A stretch of 64,000 bases of DNA from an uncultured Acidimicrobiaceae bacterium (GTDB lineage Bacteria; Actinomycetota; Acidimicrobiia; Acidimicrobiales; Bog-793). A program made the translations under genes and the position numbers. Of this stretch, positions 37,205 to 46,590 are shown piece by piece. The DNA lies in contig CAVZYD010000006.1 of NCBI GenBank assembly GCA_963779425.1, positions 586,704 to 650,703 on the forward strand. Reading direction: 5' to 3'. The notes below the pieces were generated by a model, which saw only the letters and a list, made by a program, of their open reading frames with translations, had not been told where the DNA came from and ran no database searches. The first letter of the stretch is position 1, and each line of letters opens with the position of its first letter.

Positions 37205-39019
37205 ATGAGAAAGACACCAATCGTTGTAACGCTTTTTGCAGTTTCGGCCTTGGCGACGGCGCTGTTCTCCTCGACAACGGCGGCCTCGACCAAGACCACG
37301 AGCACCGCGATGGCCTCTGGCGGAGTCGCGAACTTCGCCGAACCACCCGGAGAGCAACCCACGTATATCTTCCCGTTACTGACCTGTCCGGCAGATACGA
37401 GCCAAAACATCGGGACGTTCCAGAACCTGTTGTTCGAGCCGCTCTTCAGTTTTGCGAGCGGTTCGAGCGTCGCGCTCAACGAGTCGACCAGCCTGGCCTA
37501 CCCCCCGACATACAGCGACAACAACCAGGAAGTGACCATCCGGCTGAAGCCCTACAAGTGGTCCAACGGCGAGAGCGTCGATGCTGATGACATTCTCTTC
37601 TGGCAGAACCTGATCACGGCGAATGTGTCAGACGACTGCAACTTCTCGCCGGGGACATATCCGCTCAACATCACCGCCGTGAAGGTGGACAGCTCGAGCG
37701 AGGTCACCTTCAAGCTCAACCGTAGCTACTCGCCGACGTGGTTCACCTACAACGAGCTCAGTCAGGTGACGCCGTTGCCCGCCGCCTGGGACCTGGTGGC
37801 GGCAGGCAAGAAGTCGGACTGTGACACGGACAAGAGCGCCTGCACCTCGGTCTACAAGTACCTGAGTGGCCAGGCGAACGAGCTTGCGAAGTACGCCTCG
37901 AATCCGCTGTGGCAGATCGTGGACGGCCCGTGGAAGCTGACTTCGTTCAGCGTGGACGGGGCGGCGAGCTTCGTTCCGAACAAGTCCTACTCCGGCTCCG
38001 ACAAGCCTCACCTGTCACAGTTCAACGAGCTGCCCTTCACGACCGACGCGGCCGAGTACGACACGCTTCGTGCAGGGAACTCGATCCAGGTGGGGTACAT
38101 CCCCATCGACGAGGCGCCGGCCAAGGGCGGCTCCAACCCGGCAGGCAGTGGGTACACCATGGCGCCCTGGCCGATCTGGGGCTTCAACTACATACCTTTC
38201 AACCTGCACAATCCCAAGGTCGGGCCGATATTCGCCCAGACCTACTTCCGAGACGCCATGCAGTACCTGCTCGACCAGCAAGGGGTCGTCACGGACCTGT
38301 TGAAGGGCTACGGCTCGGTGACCTCAGGCCCGATCCCCGACGACGTCTCGAGCTCGTACCTGCCGGCGGCCTACAACAATGATCCGTTCCCCTACAGCCC
38401 CAGCAATGCGAAGAAGCTCCTCGTGGACCACGGTTGGCACATCGTTTCGGGAGGTACCACCACTTGCGCCAGGCCCGGCAGCGCGGCCGATGATTGCGGA
38501 GCAGGAATTGCCAAAGGTGCCTCGCTGGTGTTCAACATGGTCTTTGCCAACGCGCCACCTTGGGTCGGAGAGAGCATGCAGAACTACAAGGCGGACGCCG
38601 CCAGCCTCGGCATACAGATCAACTTGTCGTCCGCGCCGTCGAACTCGGTGATCGGGGACATCTCTGTCTGCAAGCCGACCCAGCCTTCTTGCAGCTGGGA
38701 GCTTCTCAACTGGGGCACGGGCTGGACCTACTTCCCGGACTACTACCCGACCGGCGAGGACCTCTTCAAGACCGGCTCGGGGGAGAACGACGGCAGTTAC
38801 AGCAACGCCCGCATGGATACCCTCATCGACAACTCCGACTATCAGCCGGGACAGGCGTCCTTGAACGCCTACGAGCAGTACGTCCGCCAGCAGACCCCGG
38901 TGCTCTGGCAGCCGGAGGCGGTCTACCAGATCTCTGAGGTGGCCTCGGATCTGCACGGGGTGCTCCCGCAGAGCCCGCTCAACAGCATCTCGCCCCAGGA
39001 CTGGTACTTCACCAAGTAG
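37205..39019 (+). CDS. ABC transporter substrate-binding protein, family 5 (peptide/nickel, DppA/OppA-like)
   Basis: Intact 604-aa ORF with signal peptide MRKTPIVVTLFAVSALATALFS. The length and motifs fit SBP_bac_5 (...TIRLKPYKWSNGESVDADDILFW..., ...PWKLTSF..., ...YIPFNLHNPKVGPIF...). Permease genes lie 2.6 kb downstream. Confidence 0.75.
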   Translation: MRKTPIVVTLFAVSALATALFSSTTAASTKTTSTAMASGGVANFAEPPGEQPTYIFPLLTCPADTSQNIGTFQNLLFEPLFSFASGSSVALNESTSLAYPPTYSDNNQEVTIRLKPYKWSNGESVDADDILFWQNLITANVSDDCNFSPGTYPLNITAVKVDSSSEVTFKLNRSYSPTWFTYNELSQVTPLPAAWDLVAAGKKSDCDTDKSACTSVYKYLSGQANELAKYASNPLWQIVDGPWKLTSFSVDGAASFVPNKSYSGSDKPHLSQFNELPFTTDAAEYDTLRAGNSIQVGYIPIDEAPAKGGSNPAGSGYTMAPWPIWGFNYIPFNLHNPKVGPIFAQTYFRDAMQYLLDQQGVVTDLLKGYGSVTSGPIPDDVSSSYLPAAYNNDPFPYSPSNAKKLLVDHGWHIVSGGTTTCARPGSAADDCGAGIAKGASLVFNMVFANAPPWVGESMQNYKADAASLGIQINLSSAPSNSVIGDISVCKPTQPSCSWELLNWGTGWTYFPDYYPTGEDLFKTGSGENDGSYSNARMDTLIDNSDYQPGQASLNAYEQYVRQQTPVLWQPEAVYQISEVASDLHGVLPQSPLNSISPQDWYFTK

Positions 39020-39118
39020 AGCTCCCACTCCCTGCCCGTAAGCTCGCCTTGCGGGCAGGGAGTGGGCCATTGCGCTAGGGCAACTGAGCCTGACACGACA
39101 AGCTTTGAGAGGCCGAAA

Positions 39119-40714
39119 GTGTTGGACGTGGTCATTGAGAACGGCGTCGTAATCGACGGGAGCGGCCGCCCGGGAGAGCCAGGCGACGTGGCTATAGGCG
39201 GCGGGAAGATCGTCGCTGTCGGTCGCGTCGGACACGTCGAAGCGGCACGGCGGCTCGACGCCTCCGGCCTCGTGGTGACCCCGGGATTTGTCGATCCGCA
39301 CAGTCACACCGATTACACGGTGCACGCCAACAGGACCGCCGAGAGCACTATCCGCCAAGGAGTGACGACCGAGATCGTCGGCAACTGCGGCATCACCAAC
39401 GCCCCCGTCAGCCAGTATTCGAAGAGCTCGGTGGTCGCCGCGCTCGCCATTCACGGATACGAGGGACCGGTGTCGTGGAGCTCATTTTCTGAGTACCTCG
39501 AAGACGTCGAGCGGGGCGGCATCAGCCAGAACCTTGCCTGGTTCGTGGGCCACAGTGCTGTCCGGGGAGCGGCCGGGGTGCGGGGGGCCCAGCCCACAGA
39601 GGAGGAGCTCGCCGCCATGGAGGCCCATGTCGAAGAGGCGATGGAGGCGGGGGCGCTCGGCATGTCGAGCGGACTTGAGTTCCGGGAAGGGCGCCAGGCG
39701 ACCAGTGAAGAGCTCGAGAGGCTCGTCGCGGTTGTCGGTCGCCATGATGGGTACTACGCCAGCCACATCCGAAACCGAGACGCGTCGATCCTTGAGGCCG
39801 TCGACGAGTTCCTCCGGGCGATCGAGCTGAGCGGGGCTCATGGCCAGATATCGCACTTGAACGTCCGCCTCGACACGGGTGCCCCGCCCGGGGGCTGGGA
39901 ACATGCGGTGGCGCGCATGGAACGGGCGCGAGCCAAGGGCATGGACATCCAGGCGGACATGACGCCGTTTCGGGAGGGGATGGGAGACATGGCGGGCATA
40001 CTCCCGCCCTGGCTCATGGAGAAGGGGCCTGCTCATGCGGCCGCGCTTCTGGAAGACGGTGAAGTGCGACGCAGGGCGAAGGAGGACTCCGACCGGTACT
40101 GGCGCTTCGTGCACAAGGGTCAGTGGGAGCGCGTTCGCCTGCACCGCAGCAAGCAGTTCCCCGAGTACGACGGCATGGTCTTCCCAGATATCGCTTGCCT
40201 CCGAGGGACCGACGAGTGGACTTGTTTTTTCGACATTCTCCAGGCCGCCGGAGCGGATATGGAGCACATGGAGATGGTGGGCGAGCTCTTCTCACCCGAG
40301 GACTTGGCTCAGCAGCTCAAGCACCCCCTGTTCAGCTGCGGTGTGGACGCCTACTCGAGCTCGGTGGAGGACACGACAGCGGGGTGCTCTCCACTGTCGT
40401 TCTCTGGTCACACGGAGTACCTGAGCGTGCATGTTCGAGAGCGCAAGACCGTGTCGCTCGAAGAGATGATCCGCAAACTGACGAGTCTGCCGGCGTCGCG
40501 GTTCGGCATCCAAGGACGCGGACGGGTCGCCAAAGGGTATTTTGCCGACCTAGTCGTATTCGACCCCGCCACTGTCGGTAGTGAGTCCACCTTCGCCCGC
40601 CCGGCGGTGTACCCGAGCGGCATCTTTCACGTTCTCGTGAACGGTCAGCTCGTCGTGGACGATCAGCGTCACACCGGAGTCCGCTCGGGCCGGGTCCTGC
40701 GCCGGGCGGCCTGA
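39119..40714 (+). CDS. N-acyl-D-amino-acid deacylase (D-aminoacylase) family amidohydrolase
   Basis: From GTG 39119: VLDVVIENGVVIDGSGRPGEPGDVAIGGGKIVAVG...DASGLVVTPGFVDPHSHTD...QGVTTEIVGNCG...YASHIRN...HISHL. This is the metal-dependent amidohydrolase pattern characteristic of D-aminoacylases. Confidence 0.8.
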   Translation: MLDVVIENGVVIDGSGRPGEPGDVAIGGGKIVAVGRVGHVEAARRLDASGLVVTPGFVDPHSHTDYTVHANRTAESTIRQGVTTEIVGNCGITNAPVSQYSKSSVVAALAIHGYEGPVSWSSFSEYLEDVERGGISQNLAWFVGHSAVRGAAGVRGAQPTEEELAAMEAHVEEAMEAGALGMSSGLEFREGRQATSEELERLVAVVGRHDGYYASHIRNRDASILEAVDEFLRAIELSGAHGQISHLNVRLDTGAPPGGWEHAVARMERARAKGMDIQADMTPFREGMGDMAGILPPWLMEKGPAHAAALLEDGEVRRRAKEDSDRYWRFVHKGQWERVRLHRSKQFPEYDGMVFPDIACLRGTDEWTCFFDILQAAGADMEHMEMVGELFSPEDLAQQLKHPLFSCGVDAYSSSVEDTTAGCSPLSFSGHTEYLSVHVRERKTVSLEEMIRKLTSLPASRFGIQGRGRVAKGYFADLVVFDPATVGSESTFARPAVYPSGIFHVLVNGQLVVDDQRHTGVRSGRVLRRAA

Positions 40715-40869
40715 GGGGACGACCGCGGAACCATGAGCGCTAGCACAGGATCCTCTTTGTCTGTGACTACGGCCCGGGAGGCGACCGCGCCCGGTTATGC
40801 CGGCACGCTCCAGCGCCGCCAGAATCAGCCAACCGGAGAGGACATGCCGGCAGCAGGCCAGGGCGAGGG

Positions 40870-41571
40870 TTGGTTTCAGTGAGCTGGAAGGCGGCACCGA
40901 ACTGGCAGAGAATCGCCGAGATCCTGGAGAACGAGATCGTCAGCGGCGTATATGTGAGCGGCCAGCAGATAAAACAAGGCAAGATCTGCGAGCGCTTCGA
41001 GGTGAGCGTGGCGACTGTCCGCGAGGCGCTGCGACACCTGGAGAGTGCGGGCTTGCTGTTCTTGCACCCCAACCGCGGTGTCTTTGTGGCTGAGGTGAGC
41101 ACCGAGGAGCTGCTCGGAGTGCTGCTGCCGCTGCGGTTGACCCTGGAGAAGTTCGCCATCGCCCACACCTTTGGCAAGATGACCGCTGCACGCTGGCAGA
41201 GCCTGTCGGATTGGGTGCACGCAATGGAAGCTGGCGCCGAGGCGAACGACCTGGCAGCGATCAACGAGGCTGACATCCGCTTCCACGAGGCCATTGTGCT
41301 GTGGTCTGACCAGCCCCACACCATCCAGTTGTGGAAGGCGGTCGAGCCCCGGACGAGGGCGCAGATGTACCGCCTCGCCCCGCGCCACGAGGACGCCGGC
41401 GAGGTTGCCCAGGAGCACGCCTTCCTCATCGAGCAGTTCCGTACCGGCGACGCCTCACTCATCTCAAAGGCTCTGGAGGACCACATAGTGACCAGCGCTC
41501 GCGAGCTTCTCGGGACAGATTCGGCGGGGCGCCGAGACGGGCCAGCCCCGGGTGGGCGCGACCTGGAGTGA
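40870..41571 (+). CDS. GntR-family transcriptional regulator (FadR/FCD subfamily)
   Basis: The winged-helix region is IAEILENEIVSGVYVSGQQIKQGKICERFEVSVATVREALRHLESAGLLFLHPNRGVFVAEVS, followed by an all-helical FCD-like domain (...ADIRFHEAIV...). The start may be GTG 40879. Confidence 0.8.
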   Translation: MVSVSWKAAPNWQRIAEILENEIVSGVYVSGQQIKQGKICERFEVSVATVREALRHLESAGLLFLHPNRGVFVAEVSTEELLGVLLPLRLTLEKFAIAHTFGKMTAARWQSLSDWVHAMEAGAEANDLAAINEADIRFHEAIVLWSDQPHTIQLWKAVEPRTRAQMYRLAPRHEDAGEVAQEHAFLIEQFRTGDASLISKALEDHIVTSARELLGTDSAGRRDGPAPGGRDLE

Positions 41572-41629
41572 AAGAGCCGGACCGAAATCGGGAAACCCGC
41601 TCGGTATGTGACTCCGACCGTGGTTCTGT

Positions 41630-42577
41630 ATGACCGGGTACATCCTTCGTCGTCTCTTGCATTCTGTGGTGGTCGTTATAGGGGTGACCATCATTGTTTT
41701 CATCATTGTGCACTTGCTGCCCGGTGGGCCGGCGCGGGCCCTTTTGGGCTCTCGTGCCAGCCCGCAGCAGATCCAGTCGTTTGACGCCGTTAACGGATAC
41801 AACAAGCCCATACCTGTTCAGTACATCGACTATCTGTACAGGCTGATCCATGGCAACCTCGGCTATTCCTATCATTACAACCAAACCGTCGCGTCACTTC
41901 TGAGCCAATATTTGCCGAAAAGCGCCCTCTTGGTGGGTTTGTCGTACGTTGTGGCGCTGGTCGTCGCCATTCCCCTCGGGATTCTGCAGGCGCTTCAGCG
42001 GAACAAGCCGGTCGACTACGCACTCACGAGCGTGGCCTTTGTGGGCTATTCGATGCCGGCGTTCTGGCTCGGGATCATCTTGATCCTCGTTTTTGCCGTG
42101 ACATTCCACCTGCTCCCTCCAGAGGGGCCGCAGGGTGCGACCGTCACTGCGGTGCTGTCCCAGCCCACCGCCCTGGTTCTGCCTGTGATTACGTTGGCCG
42201 CGGCGACGGTCGCTCTTTTCAGCAGGTTCATGCGTTCATCGGCCATCGAGACCCTGGTCCAGGACTACATCCGCACTGCAAAGGCGAAGGGCCTGTCCGG
42301 GCGCCGGATCGTCGTCCGTCACGTATTGCGCAATTCGCTCACCCCGATCATCACCTTGATCGGGCTGAGCTTGCCCGGCACAGTCTCTGGAGCGGTGATA
42401 ACCGAATCCGTGTTCAATTACCCCGGGATGGGCCTGCTTTTTTGGACCGCGGCCGTGACCCACGACTTCCCCATCCTGCTCGGATTCACGATCGTCGTGG
42501 CTGTTGCCACTGTGCTGGGCTCTTTGACGGCCGACGTGCTCTACGCCGTCGCCGATCCCCGGGTGCGCTATGCCTGA
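41630..42577 (+). CDS. ABC transporter permease (DppB/OppB-like)
   Basis: MTGYILRRLLHSVVVVIGVTIIVFIIVHLLPGGPARALLG is the classic N-terminus of BPD_transp_1 peptide permeases. The EAA-like loop is ...YIRTAKAKGLSGRRIVVRHVLRNSL. Confidence 0.85.
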   Translation: MTGYILRRLLHSVVVVIGVTIIVFIIVHLLPGGPARALLGSRASPQQIQSFDAVNGYNKPIPVQYIDYLYRLIHGNLGYSYHYNQTVASLLSQYLPKSALLVGLSYVVALVVAIPLGILQALQRNKPVDYALTSVAFVGYSMPAFWLGIILILVFAVTFHLLPPEGPQGATVTAVLSQPTALVLPVITLAAATVALFSRFMRSSAIETLVQDYIRTAKAKGLSGRRIVVRHVLRNSLTPIITLIGLSLPGTVSGAVITESVFNYPGMGLLFWTAAVTHDFPILLGFTIVVAVATVLGSLTADVLYAVADPRVRYA

Positions 42578-43526
42578 CCCAGAACAGCCCGGCGGGTCTT
42601 TCGAGGTGACGCCGGAGCCGGCCGGTCCTGTGCTGGCGGTTTCCACGCCGGTGACCGAAGCTGGCAGCACGGGGGCATCCGGCGGCGCATTGCGGCTAAT
42701 CGCCCGTGTGTTTATCGAGAGCCGCCTTGCCGTGGCGGGTTTGGGCATACTGGTCTTCTTCTTGCTGTTCAGTTTCGTCGGCCCCCACGTCTATGTGACG
42801 AACCAGGTGACGACGAATCTGTTGCAGCTGAACGAGGCACCGAGCTGGGCGCATCCCCTCGGCACCGACGACGTCGGCTACGACGTCTTGGGGCGCCTCA
42901 TGGTGGCCGGTCAGTCATCTTTGGAAGTGGGGATCGCCGCCGCGCTTCTCGCCAGTTTAATGGGGACCGCCTGGGGCGGCATAGCCGGCTACGTCGGAGG
43001 ATGGCTCGACAGCGTGATGATGAGAGTCGTCGATTCTCTCCTATCCATACCGCCCCTGCTGCTGGTTTTGATACTGGCTAGCACCTTCACGCCGACTATC
43101 CCGGTTCTGGTAGTCGTCATCGCGTTCATCTCCTGGATGGGTACGGCCCGGCTGGTCCGGGGAGAGTCTCTGTCGCTTCGTGTGCGAGAGTACGTACAAG
43201 CAGCCAAGGCAATGGGCTCGAGCGACGGGCGCATCGTCTTTCGACACATCGTCCCGAACGTCATCGGCCCGGTAGTGGTACAGACCACGTTTTCGGCGGC
43301 GAACGCCATCTTGCTGTTGGCCGCCCTTTCCTTCCTCGGCCTCGGGCCGCCGCCTCCGGCGGCGAACTGGGGAGGCATGCTGACAAATGGCCTTAACTCC
43401 ATTTACGATGGTTACTGGTGGCTGATCTATCCAGCGGGCGTCGCCATTGTGTTGACTGTCATGGCTTTCAACTTCATCGGCGATGCGCTCCGTGACGCAA
43501 TGGAGGTTCGCCTCCAGGTGAGATAG
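42570..43526 (+). CDS. ABC transporter permease (DppC/OppC-like)
   Basis: It overlaps the previous gene by 8 bp. ...HPLGTDDVGYDVLGRLMVAGQSSL... and ...YVQAAKAMGSSDGRIVFRHIVPNVIGPVVVQ are OppC/DppC hallmarks. No ATPase gene follows. Confidence 0.85.
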   Translation: MPDPEQPGGSFEVTPEPAGPVLAVSTPVTEAGSTGASGGALRLIARVFIESRLAVAGLGILVFFLLFSFVGPHVYVTNQVTTNLLQLNEAPSWAHPLGTDDVGYDVLGRLMVAGQSSLEVGIAAALLASLMGTAWGGIAGYVGGWLDSVMMRVVDSLLSIPPLLLVLILASTFTPTIPVLVVVIAFISWMGTARLVRGESLSLRVREYVQAAKAMGSSDGRIVFRHIVPNVIGPVVVQTTFSAANAILLLAALSFLGLGPPPPAANWGGMLTNGLNSIYDGYWWLIYPAGVAIVLTVMAFNFIGDALRDAMEVRLQVR

Positions 43527-43549
43527 AAAGTCTGTAGCGACTCGGACTG

Positions 43550-44884
43550 TTGCGTATACTTCGATTTGTGTCGTCTTTCGAAGCTGCTCCAGACGCTATT
43601 GTCATCGGTGCGGGAGTAATGGGTTGCTCGATAGCGGTTGAACTGTGTCGGGCCGAATACCACGTGCTTGTGCTCGACAAGGGACCCGCAGCAGGTGCTG
43701 GTTCGACCAGTTCCAGCTCTGCCATTGTGCGCTTCAACTACTCGACTCTCGATGCTGTGATGACGGCCTGGGAGTCAAAGCACCTCTGGCAGCACTGGGA
43801 CGAGCTTGTCGGCAACACCGATGAGTCGGGCCTCGCCCGGTTCCACGAGACCGGCGCTCTGATTCTCGGGTCCGAAGGTGACGAGCGAACGGCGAGGCTG
43901 GTCGAGCTGTTCGATCGAGCCTGCGTGCCCTACGAGCACCTCGACGGTGACGAGCTGGCGCGCCGATACGCCGCGCTCGACGCTCACCGCTACGGTCCGC
44001 CGCGGGCCCTTGACGACGAGCGGTTCTGGAACGACGCGTCGGGTCGTCTGGAGGCTTACCTCACTCCCGAGGCCGGCTTTGTCGACGACCCGCAACTGGC
44101 AGCCCACAACCTCATGGTTGCGGCACGAGAGCGGGGAGCCCGGTTTTCTTTTGGCCAGGAGGTCACAGCCGTGCTGCGGGGCAACGGTCGCGTGGGCGGG
44201 GTTGGCCTCAAAGACGGCTCGAAACTGTCCTCGCGAGTGGTCGTCAACGCCGCAGGGCCCTTCTCGGCGAAGGTCAACTCGTTGGCCGGGGTTCTAAGTG
44301 ATTCAGCTGTGCTCAAGACGCGGGCGTTACGCCAGGAGGTGCACGTCCTGCCCGGCCCTGAGGCGTTCGGGCTCGGCAGCGGAGGGACTGTGGTCATGGA
44401 CGCTGACCTTGGCACCTACTTCCGGCCTCACTTGGGAGGCACGATCCTTGTTGGCGGCCTCGAACCCGAGTGCGATCCGTTGGTCTGGGTCGACGACCCG
44501 GATGATTTCGATCCGAACCCGAGCATCGAGACGTGGGAGGCGCAGACCTATCGGCTCGCCCGACGACTTCCCGACCTCGGGGTGCCGGCGCACCCAAGGG
44601 GACTCGCCGCCCTATACGACGTCACTGCGGACTGGTTGCCCGTGTACGACCGCACCTCTCTCGAGGGGTTCTTCGTTGCCGTCGGTACCTCGGGCAACCA
44701 GTTCAAGAACGCCCCTATGGTGGGCCGGTTCCTCTCGGCACTCATCGTCGCTTGGGACAACGGGCAAGACCACGACCGCGAGCCGGTCCGGCTCATGTGC
44801 GAGTTCACGGGCAACGAGGTGAACCTGGGCCATTACTCGCGTCTGAGGAGCCCGGCCGACAGCACACACAGCGTGCTCGGATGA
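43550..44884 (+). CDS. FAD-dependent oxidoreductase (DAO family; sarcosine/D-amino-acid oxidase-like)
   Basis: DAIVIGAGVMGCSIAVELCRAEYHVLVLDKG is a Rossmann GxGxxG FAD site. The ~440-aa length is typical of DAO-family dehydrogenases. The start may be GTG 43568. Confidence 0.75.
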   Translation: MRILRFVSSFEAAPDAIVIGAGVMGCSIAVELCRAEYHVLVLDKGPAAGAGSTSSSSAIVRFNYSTLDAVMTAWESKHLWQHWDELVGNTDESGLARFHETGALILGSEGDERTARLVELFDRACVPYEHLDGDELARRYAALDAHRYGPPRALDDERFWNDASGRLEAYLTPEAGFVDDPQLAAHNLMVAARERGARFSFGQEVTAVLRGNGRVGGVGLKDGSKLSSRVVVNAAGPFSAKVNSLAGVLSDSAVLKTRALRQEVHVLPGPEAFGLGSGGTVVMDADLGTYFRPHLGGTILVGGLEPECDPLVWVDDPDDFDPNPSIETWEAQTYRLARRLPDLGVPAHPRGLAALYDVTADWLPVYDRTSLEGFFVAVGTSGNQFKNAPMVGRFLSALIVAWDNGQDHDREPVRLMCEFTGNEVNLGHYSRLRSPADSTHSVLG

Positions 44885-45041
44885 GTGGCCAATGAGCCCG
44901 CTCGTCCCGCATCGGGCGGCTCGGCGGCCAGGGCAGGGCCGGAGGCCAGATACCTGATACTGCATCTGCCAGTGGGCGCCGGAGAGGCCCAGGGCCGTCG
45001 CGGCACCTTATCCGAGACAAACTGCGGGCTCGTCGCCGTGA

Positions 45042-45665
45042 TCAGCCGGCTGTGTTGAGCCTGCGCTTGGTATGACGAGCGGCGGCGAGATCGCCGAGTC
45101 CGGCGCGGAGCTCGAGTCCGGCGATGACCGCCGCCCGGTGCGCCGCGTCGACGTTGCCGCCGTACTTGAACTTGGCCCTGATCTTGTCGATGGCGATACG
45201 CACGCCGCGTATGGTGCCCAGCTTGGTTTCATGGGCCGAGAGTAGATCGGCGATTTCGAAATCGGGCTGGATCACCTGAAGCTGGCGCCGCAGCACGGCG
45301 GCGATCCCGGCGGGATCGGACACGATCGTCGCCGAGCCTTCCAACTGGACCGCGGCGTAATAGGTGGTCGGTATGCCGAGGAGGGGGTCCTCGTCGGCGA
45401 CGGCCTTCCAGGGCGAAGGTATGAAGGCCCAGTCGCCGGCGACGCTCATGAGCACACGGGGCTGTTCCGCGATCGCCCCGAGGATCGGGTTCTTGGCTAC
45501 GAGGTGCAAGATCACCTCGTCACCGTCGAGGACGAACTGCGTCGGGACGACGACGGGGACGTCGCGGGCCACGCCGGCGGCCACGAGGTGGCCGAAACCC
45601 TGTGCCGTCACGAAGTCGCGCCATTCGTCCTCGCCAAGACCGCTGTCGACCTTTGCTATGTACAC
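45042..45665 (-). CDS. FMN-binding negative transcriptional regulator, PaiB family
   Basis: MYIAKVDSGLGEDEWRDFVTAQGFGHLVAAG...PVVVPTQFVLDGDEVILHLVAKNP...AKFKYGGNVDAAHRAAV matches the PaiB family pattern. Confidence 0.7.
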   Translation of the reverse strand: MYIAKVDSGLGEDEWRDFVTAQGFGHLVAAGVARDVPVVVPTQFVLDGDEVILHLVAKNPILGAIAEQPRVLMSVAGDWAFIPSPWKAVADEDPLLGIPTTYYAAVQLEGSATIVSDPAGIAAVLRRQLQVIQPDFEIADLLSAHETKLGTIRGVRIAIDKIRAKFKYGGNVDAAHRAAVIAGLELRAGLGDLAAARHTKRRLNTAG

Positions 45666-45696
45666 GTCCCTCCTCTAAGCGACGCCCCCGGACAGC

Positions 45697-46464
45697 TCAA
45701 GGCGCAGAGTCGGGAGGTCGGTCCAAAGAGCGCGAGCGGGTCATCACGCGAACCTCACTCATGATCGGGAACGCCCTCACCAAGATCCGCGGAGAGCCGC
45801 GCAGGATCGGCACCTCGCTCGTGGCGACGCTGCGATGGCCCATGATGGAAAGGCCGGTGACCTCTATGTCGATTCCTTCGGGAGCGACGATGTCGATCTG
45901 GCCCATGATGCCGACCGCTGTGATGACGATCTCGGGGCCGTCGATCTCGGCGTTGCTCAGATCGATGTTGCACTGTCCCATGACAGCGACCACGGCCGTG
46001 TGGCCGCCGAGGCGCCATCGCAGCTTGGAGTCCGACTCGCTCATCACAGCGACGATCCACCGCCTCGGGCTTCGCCGAGTCGTCGAGCGGGCCGGAGCCT
46101 GTGAGAGCGAGGGCAGATCTGCGAGCATTGCGCCGAGCTCATCTTTCGTGCGGGCGCCGAGTGCCGAGCCCGTGCGTTCCGAGAACTCGTCGAGAGTGAG
46201 CCGACCGGCCACAAGATGATCCCGGAGCAAGGTGACGACCTCGTCCCGGTCCGCGTCGCTGGCGCGTTCTGACATGACCCAGGGCCTGCCCGCCATCTCA
46301 GGCAGGGAGGTAACAGGCGGTCCGGGCAGGGGCGGAGCGACCGGCACAGAGGGACCAGGGGCCGTCCCTGGCGTGGCGGCTGCACCAGGCGTCTCGGGCA
46401 CGGCCGGCTCGGCCGCGGGAGTCGCTGGCGGAGACGACGGTTCCTCGAGCTGTTCCTCGACCAT
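45697..46464 (-). CDS. DUF1707 domain protein with LiaF-like C-terminal domain
   Basis: It has a Pro/Ala-rich N-terminus, then SERASDADRDEVVTLLRDHLVAGRLTLDEFSERTGSALGARTKDELGAMLADLP (DUF1707/SHOCT-like). The beta-rich C-terminus reads ...VAVMGQCNIDLSNAEIDGPEIVITAVGIMGQIDIVAPEGIDIEVTGLSIMG. Confidence 0.65.
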   Translation of the reverse strand: MVEEQLEEPSSPPATPAAEPAVPETPGAAATPGTAPGPSVPVAPPLPGPPVTSLPEMAGRPWVMSERASDADRDEVVTLLRDHLVAGRLTLDEFSERTGSALGARTKDELGAMLADLPSLSQAPARSTTRRSPRRWIVAVMSESDSKLRWRLGGHTAVVAVMGQCNIDLSNAEIDGPEIVITAVGIMGQIDIVAPEGIDIEVTGLSIMGHRSVATSEVPILRGSPRILVRAFPIMSEVRVMTRSRSLDRPPDSAP

Positions 46465-46590
46465 TGCGCCAGTCTCTTCCTTTCGCCTTCGAACCGCCAG
46501 CGATTTTGAGTCCTGGAGCCGTCTGACCCCGCCGGTGCCGCGGGGCTATGGTCGGTCGAGGAAACGAAGTCCTAGAGGACGAGGAGTTCA

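Noticed and set aside
40750-40775. GntR/FadR-type operator (GTCTGTGAC, a 3-bp-arm palindrome) upstream of the GntR gene
   Set aside because: Only 3-4 bp arms are present and the match to the FadR-family TnGT-N-ACnA consensus is poor, so it is too short to distinguish from chance.
46465-46590. Glycine riboswitch or other leader upstream of tdh-kbl, noting the direct repeat AGTCCTGGAG / AGTCCTAGAG
   Set aside because: The sequence lacks the conserved glycine-aptamer core (for example the ACCGAAGGGGCAA-type element). The 10-bp imperfect repeat alone is weak evidence, and the region is also the divergent promoter for the DUF1707 gene.
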